A DNA stretch of 64,000 nt. It comes from Chrysomallon squamiferum. Taxonomy: Eukaryota; Animalia; Mollusca. The position numbers and the translations under genes are program-made. The DNA lies in NCBI GenBank assembly GCA_012295275.1, contig CM022673.1, forward strand, positions 21,762,001 through 21,826,000. The letters are read 5' to 3'. The notes below the pieces were generated by a model that ran no database searches, was not told where the DNA came from, and saw nothing but the letters and a program-made list of their open reading frames with translations. This document shows, in pieces, positions 37,011 through 64,000 of this stretch (its first letter is position 1; each line of letters opens with the position of its first letter).

Positions 37011-40000
37011 TTTTTTCGTAGTACTTCTACTGCGATTGGTTTTGAAAGTCTGGTGGCCTTTGACCTTGAATCTTATCGATTTTTTCAGATGGAATTTTTG
37101 GACTGTTTTTGAGTGCTGAAGCTTTGTCTTCTTGTTTGAAACTCCCTCAGCATCCCAGTACATTATGTTCATTGGGGTGTTTTTGTTGTTGTTGTTTTTG
37201 CTTTACTTCTTCGAGACGGTCGGGAAGGACTTCCAATAGCTGAAGATGGGCTCCCTCGAGGTAAGGAGATGGCTGGCGGGCCATCATAGGACGAGCACCG
37301 AAATCTACTTTATGTATTTGTTCATGCATAGTATTGTAGTTTATTTCTCTCTTAAACACTTGACATTTCTGTTGGGATTACCTCATCCTTAGTCCATGTG
37401 TGTCTAGTCTCTACCCACTGACCAGACCAGCATGCGTGTCCCTAGCAGAAGCTAAAGCTCCTGTTGAGCTTTTTTGGGCCACTGGTGCATACAAAGCCCT
37501 TTATCAGGTCACGGAATAGACTATGAAGGAGACTTATTTGTGGATTCTTTCCTTTCTGTGATGAGAGCATAGGTTTCTTTTTCTTACTTCGTGGAGTATT
37601 GTCATCATTACTTGGTCTTTTTTGTCTTACATCTGAGAGCTTCAGGTAGACTGATACTGAAGTAATATGAACATTACCGCAGGTATCCTTTGAAATGTGC
37701 ACGGTGTGAAAGACTGGGTAATTTGTAGCAAATACTCTTTACAACTATACCAAAACATGTTTATCCTACTGTTTAAGAAGATAACGACATTATGAGCTTC
37801 ACTGCTTCACTAATTAGTCCTCCCGTAGATTCACTTTGACACGTCAGCTACAAACGAATGACTCGGGTCCTGGCAAAAGCTTTAGATGCTGTATTATTTT
37901 ATCCAAACAAAATAAAAAATAAAAATAAAGCACAATGGAATATGTTTCAAGAGAATGCATACATAGGCCTACAAATGAACATACATAATAAAAGAATGAT
38001 CAGTGTTAAATGCATTTAGGTATGAATGTTTTCATTTAAAACAAAAGAAAGATGGGAGTAGTGATTATGTTCCCAGACAGATGTACCCACCACTACTTCT
38101 CCACTATCTACAACTTAAATGCGCTTTTGTGAATACACATTTGCAGTGGTGATAGTCAGTTTAAATAAACAGACACTGTACATAGCAATTACAGAATACA
38201 GGACTACATCTGAAAATATTCGTAAGTGAAACAAATATTCCCGAATATTCGTTCTTTGTAACTTGCAACCCATACATCAAAACGTGTGTGTGCATGTGTG
38301 CTGAGGTGCGTTTGAGTTCGAATCTTTGTGTTTGTATGTTATATATTTGTAAGTAACGTCAACAAAGGCTATTTAATGTAAACAAAGTGGAAAAAAGGAA
38401 AGGAGAGAGTATAGCTGAGAGGGAAAGGAAATTCTCTCGGCAGTAAAAGGGACACAAATCTGGAAATAACAGATCCGGCATTTTCCTCCTTTGAAATTGT
38501 GCCCGTGACGTAATCGCGTTGTTTGTAGGAACTTTTTTTTTTAATTTTTTTTTTAATAAATTAAGGCTGAAAATATTCATATTCAAAGTGGTGTATTACC
38601 CTCAGAAACTGGCTTTCCCGAATTTATATCAAAGTAACAGCAACTAAAGTGAGTCTTTGCAATCTGAAGAGAAAAGTGTTAGTATGAAAAGATGACTAAG
38701 ACAGGCGAAAATGATAATAGCAAGCTGGTTACTCAGTATGGTGAAACAAAACAAGAAGAACAGCAAACAAATAAAAGAAGAAAAAGAAAAGAAAATGAAA
38801 TAAAATAAAATAACATAAATTAAAATAACTAAATAGTTAAATAAATAAATAAAAAGAAAAATGCTGAATAATATTTAACAACAAACATGAATCTTTGGAT
38901 AAAATATTTGAAGACTCTATTACGATTTTGTGTCCGATTATATGTGAAACTGGCTATTGGTTTCTTTTGATAGTGTTTTGCTTAAAACAGACTAAATCCA
39001 AACACCCAAAAGATTACAGTTATGGTTTGAAATAAAATAACAAAATTAACACACACACACAGAAATAAATTTTAAAAATTGATGCTGAGCAAAAACACAT
39101 TTATATGATTAATGTTTTCATTACTGACAGAAAAAAAAGTACGGTTTCATTGGCATTTATTGGTTTTTTTTCGGCAGATGTGTATAACATTTAACTTAAC
39201 AAATTATTTTATATAAATGAAAAATGTGTAAAACATTATAAAATATCTCTTTGATATATTTATGATACAGATGTATAACCGTTTATCGCACACACATACT
39301 TTAACTCACACACACACACACATACACACACGCACACATGCATTTCACTATCGTTATTTCACAAAAAATCAGGAGTGAAAACAGACGCAAGTATTACCAT
39401 AACAGATTTTTACCTACAATATTTAATTTATTATTAATTTGAAAAATACGTAAATGTTTGTCAACTTTATCTTTTTAAAAGATCAAATCAAAGAATTTTC
39501 TTAGTTTTAATTTATTTATTTTATTTATTTATTTATTTATTTTATTTTATTTTAATGTATATTATTATTGTTATTATTATTATTTATTACTGTTTATATA
39601 ATTTCGTTACATACTGATTTTCCTTTCTTGAATTCATCGTATCAGATCTGATATTTAAAAATGAAAATGTACCGATATTTGCATCAGGTAATATATGCCC
39701 ACGGTCCCTAGCTCCCCAAACAAAAAAATTCACCAGTGTGAAACTCCAAATTTCAAAGAAACTATAACAAGAAATTGAATCTTAATGTAAAAACATAGTC
39801 CAAACTCAACAACAGTGAAAAACATTGAGTGGTTCTCCATCTGCTCTACATATTGTCCATAAAGTTTGATTTTGCTAAATAACTAATAATTAACTAGTAA
39901 TAGTATATATGAAAGTTAATCAGATGTTATATAATGTCAGATAAATTTAAAAATAATAATAATAATAATAATTAAAAATATCACTCAAAATTATTATCAA

Positions 40001-41102
40001 CAGAAAAGATCTCTAAAAAGCAGATTTTAGTTTCTTTTTGTTGCAGCTGTGATAGAAATGTTTAATTAAACTGATATTTTAGTTAGATAGTTCTGCACTG
40101 TACAACATAATTAAGTGACAGCAACTAAACGTGCTGCATGAAAACACCGTGATGGCACGGAAATGCACATTATAATTGCTTTCAGCATAGAGGTGATGTT
40201 TGCACGTTGAATGTGGGCGAACCAAGTATTTAATAACACGACAGCATCATGTGTCATACATACTGGTGTGATATAAAATTTGTTACAGCTTCTCCCTCCA
40301 AAACGTAATATCGTTTTGATTTATTTGTATCACCTGGAGCAAACGTTAACATAAACAGCGAGATCATTAGACAAAGTTGCATATAGATTTAGACTCGCAT
40401 TTTCCATGGATGGCAGTATATTTATTTATTTAAAGAAACAGTTAATATAATTATAGTAAGATTTACAGTAATGTTCATAAGTATATATATATATATATTT
40501 ATTTAAATGCTCAGACAAAGCCTTAAAAAACGTGACTAAAAAGAAATTTATTTATTTTTTCACAACAAAATTGTTATCTGAGGTAGGTAATAATATAATA
40601 GAAACGTCAGACATATTTGGCTGAACAGCAAATGCAGATACCTACGTGTCACTAAAATAAAACAAATGTGCCTTAATAATCACGCCACTGCTGTGTAAAG
40701 TTTTCATCTCGTGACTTAATATGTTTCTTGCTTTCGTGAACGCGCGCTACTAGCACATTGCTACTTATGATTGCTGTAACACTTTATGAAAAGTTATTTA
40801 TTTAAAAGTGTTTCTTGCTCATTATTTTTATTTTATATTGGCTACAGTTAGCGAATTAGTAATTTTTGGATAGAATTTCTCCTTGGTTTGTAGACGTTAC
40901 ATTTATAAATGTACCAAACATAAGTCTTGCAGTGATGGTAGAGTTGACTGATTCTCTGTATATTCACCGGTACACGTATTTTGTAACAAGTCTGCTGTGT
41001 CCTAAAATTACTGATGACGACATATGTAGCTCTGCAGAATAATTATTGTCAAATGCAATTTATCTGAATTCTGTGCTTTTAACTGAGACAAATGAAGTGT
41101 GT

Positions 41103-41159
<57 letters not shown>

Positions 41160-41183
41160 CATGTGTTTTATTAATTTCAGATC

Positions 41184-60004
<18,821 letters not shown>

Positions 60005-60027
60005 GGTAAAAAAATTAAGTACTGAAG

Positions 60028-60079
<52 letters not shown>

Positions 60080-60784
60080 AATATAGATCATACATAATTT
60101 CTTTTCGTTTCTTTTTTAATGTATAAAGGAGTACAAATATTCATAATTTTTATTTTATTTTATTATATTTAATTTTTTGCTTCTTATATTTTCGATTAAA
60201 GTATACGACATTAAAAGAATAATATAAATTTATTCTGCAGCTGTTTTTACTGTCAAGTTTTAACTAATAACAAAGTATAATAAGAAGTACAATGGTGTGT
60301 GTTCAAATATTTTATAACACTATACTTCGTTATGAGCGAAGTTAGGTTGCCGAAAATAATAAAATAACAAGTTAAATTATAAAATCTAAATAGATTTTTT
60401 GACGAGTCATTTGTACCACTATTCGTGCACTTTAAAATATATTAATATGTAGTTTATTATATACCTATATCTATCTATCTGCCTACCTGACGACTGCATA
60501 TCTCTCCGAATGCATGTCTGTCTGAATGTCTATCTATGAATCTGTACGTCTGTTTATTTATTTATTTACTCTTTTATTTTTAGAGAGAACTGTATCATCG
60601 TTATGTCAGGCAAAGGTTATAAACACCTTTGCAAGGAAATGTTTGTAGATTGTTGTTTTTTTGTAATAAAAAAACTGCAGTACTGATATAGTGCAACTGT
60701 TGTTTTATATACGTAATTTGGAGAGAAGTTAAAACATTGGTGAGAAACTATGATAATGTATTTTGAAAACTAAAACATAACGCG

Positions 60785-60821
<37 letters not shown>

Positions 60822-61280
60822 GCAGTAGCAGTAACAGTAGTAGTAATAATAAAAATAAATATGACTATTTTATTTAATGTAACAGAATAGTATAATTTAT
60901 CTTTCACAAATCCAGCATTACAAAAACGTTGTACTACATTAAACACACAGTTCCTTCTCTGTTTCACTGGAAACACTGTAACATTTAACTGGTGCAGTGC
61001 AGTTTATAAATAAAAACTATACAGTACCTTGCTTTACTGCCTTCCTCTGTCTCGGCACTCTCACTGATAGATAGTTAACAGCGTAATTTGTAATGAATAA
61101 AGATTTACAGTTGATGCATTGGTTACTATACTGTATCCATCTTTCCTACTGCGTTTCCATTATTATTTTCATTGATTTACTTTAGTATTTAATTATAAAT
61201 AACAATGTTTACCCCTCCTAGATCGGAACTTAATCAAACGTTGCTTTATTTTATTATTATTATTATTATTATTATTGTTA

Positions 61281-61323
<43 letters not shown>

Positions 61324-61769
61324 CATCATTATTACTATTATTATGATCACTTTCATCATAATCATCATTGGTGTTGTTGTTGTTGTTATTACTTAAGGTA
61401 TTCTATATGAAAACATGGGTTGAGTTATCAATATGCTGTTTTTTCTTTCTTGTATTTGTTGTATTATTTAGTTAATAAATGAATTAATTATTAGAATGAA
61501 AGAAAGAAAGAAGAAGAAACATATTCGTACACCTTTGTACACGCATGAAAGTACTTACCACGACACTGAACATTCCAGTGATGGATCACTGACTAAAAGA
61601 GGAGATAATCACTGTATCAGTGGTACTGCCTTTTCATACTAATGAAATGAGTAATTATCATCACATTGTAACACAGTTTAAATCTGTATATTTACAAAGT
61701 TTCAACCTATTTAATATGTCGTAGAATCTGTGAGCACTATAATTATCAAATATAATTCGTTATTCAGAT

Positions 61770-62310
61770 GAACTGAATTTACATTTATTTGACAGTATTG
61801 GTGTGAACAATTAAATCTACATTATTGTCAAACTATTGTTGTGAACCACTGAATCTACATTAATGTGAGACTATTATTATCAAACACTGAATCTACACTG
61901 ATATCAGACAAGAACTGTGAAACATGAATCTACACTGATATCAGACTATTACCATGAACCACATAATCTACATTGAAATCAGACAATTACAGTGAAACAC
62001 TGAATCTACACTGATATGAGACTATTACTGTGAAACTGAATCCATCTTGAAATCGGACTATTACCGTGAAAACAGAATCTACATTGAAGCCTGGCTGTTA
62101 CCGTGAAAAAAGAATCTACATTGAAATCAGACTATTACTCACAAAACTGAATCTACATTGAAGTCTATTATTACCGTGAAAACAGAATCTACATTGAAAT
62201 CAGACTATTACTCACAAAACTGAATCTACATTGAAATCTACTATTACCGTGAAAACAGAATCTACATTGAAATCAGACTATTACTTACAAAACTGATTTT
62301 ACACTAATGT
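61770..62310. repeat. Degenerate ~39-bp tandem repeat, homologous to 7460-7870
   Basis: Repeated gaatctacattgaaatcagactatta. Confidence 0.87.
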
Positions 62311-63200
62311 CAGATTATGAATGTGAACGTGCACAGACTGTAATAACATCTGTTACTTTCCCATATTTTGTTTCAAACGGTCTTTATCAAACATGCATGT
62401 TTCTGTTTTGTATTAGATTTCTTTTTAAATTTTAGATTCATAGATAGATAGACACACAGACAGACAGACAAATAGATGAACATAAAATAACAGTAGTGGT
62501 GGAGGCAATCGGATTGAAAAAAAAAAAGAAACAAGAAAAAAGAAAAACTGAAAAATATGTCAAATTATCTTTTCACAGTTTTCTAAAATGAGCGAATTAT
62601 GAGTCGATGGTAAAGGAACAGAGTTATCAGTTAATGATAAAGAAAACTCTTTAAGGGTCAAAGATAGAAGGAACACATTTTGGGTCAGTCATAAAAAAAC
62701 ACATTATGGATCAATGAATATACACAGTCAGTGATAAAATTAACCCATCATCGGTCTGTTAAAAACCCCCATCACATTATGGATCAGAAAAAATGCTTAA
62801 AATGCTCGTTATCATGTCTAGCGAACTATGACAAGGATAAGTACGTTTTAAACTGTGACAGTAAAACATATGTATCTCCACTAGATAAATAACACCATCA
62901 ACAAGCGTGCAGTTTCAGTATTTACACATAGAACACATTTTTTAATAATATAAAATAAAATAAAAGCAAGCAAATTTTGTACGGTTTGGTGGAAATTTGA
63001 ATTAAGACAATTAAAGACTGAATCAGTCACTGGAGAAGCAAGTAATTACGTTAATATAAACTTAAGTTGTATATATATATTCCATAATAAACAAATGATT
63101 CATGGAGGCAAGTCTAGTTTGGCTGTATGGTTCTCTCTGTTTCTTTCCATATTATATAGATAGGTAGCTAGATAAACAGACAGACAGCTAGATAACAGGT

Positions 63201-63250
<50 letters not shown>

Positions 63251-63744
63251 AGGGAGGGAGGGAGGGAGAAAGAGAGAGAGATTTAATACATTTCTCGCTA
63301 AATGCAGTTGATAAACAATTTTATTAGAAAACTATATACACTGTTTTATCAAAACAGCAAAATTAGGAGTAGCATTTTATTATAATATCCGCCTCTAAAT
63401 AAATTGTATTATGATAACAATTAACACCATAGCAAGGGATATTAAATTACATCCGCCTTTGGAGTGCTTTTGTAATAAAAACAGTTAACAAAAACACTTT
63501 CAGGTAATAAACATAAAAACAAAATATTGTGAAAGTTGTACATGCATAAATAACATCACTTCACTTTATTACATTTTATGACACAGTTAAAGCAATTTAT
63601 TTCCGAACTTTCTTTTTGGATGTAGATTTGATGAAGATATGCAGTTCTGTTTGTTTTATCAAATATTTGAATAAAGACAAGGAAGATGCGAATAATATTT
63701 TTTTGCTTCTAATAGTATTTACAAAGGTTATTGTAGATATTAAT

Positions 63745-63827
<83 letters not shown>

Positions 63828-64000
63828 TTATATATCTGTCATGTTATTAAATATTCAACTATTCACTATTATTTGTTACAGGTGTGGTATTTGCGTAGAT
63901 GTTTTTTTCAAGCGAAAACTCGACTTATTATAAATATCAGCAGAGAATAAAGGTTTTCGCGTCTTTAATTTTGTTACAGATCACACAGAAGGTATGCTTT

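Overview
AT-rich, microsatellite-rich animal genomic DNA, most likely a mollusc (gastropod-like; inferred from a Meta/MESC-type SINE and the domain content). The window is a head-to-tail tandem array, on the + strand, of a 25-coding-exon gene that the ORF track cannot show. Manual splicing (all GT-AG, reading frames consistent) gives a secreted mosaic metalloprotease of about 1163 aa: signal peptide, very short furin-cleaved pro-part, astacin-like Zn protease (HELYHTIGGLHE; Met-turn SPMLY), EGF, ApeC-like, CUB, kringle, ShK-like, sushi, C-type lectin, ShKT, sushi and an unassigned C-terminal domain. Copy A is a 3' part only (1-4847, apparent +1 frameshift). Copy B (13316-34824) has a 14-nt deletion, a nonsense codon and a 5-kb intronic insertion. 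Copy C (41184-60004) looks intact, and the flank of a probable fourth copy follows. Most exons are nearly identical between copies, while the lectin, ApeC-end and sushi-1 exons are strongly diversified. Also present are Tc1, Ginger-like, LINE, SINE and MITE relics and several minisatellites. Domain names come from motif recognition by eye, not from database searches.
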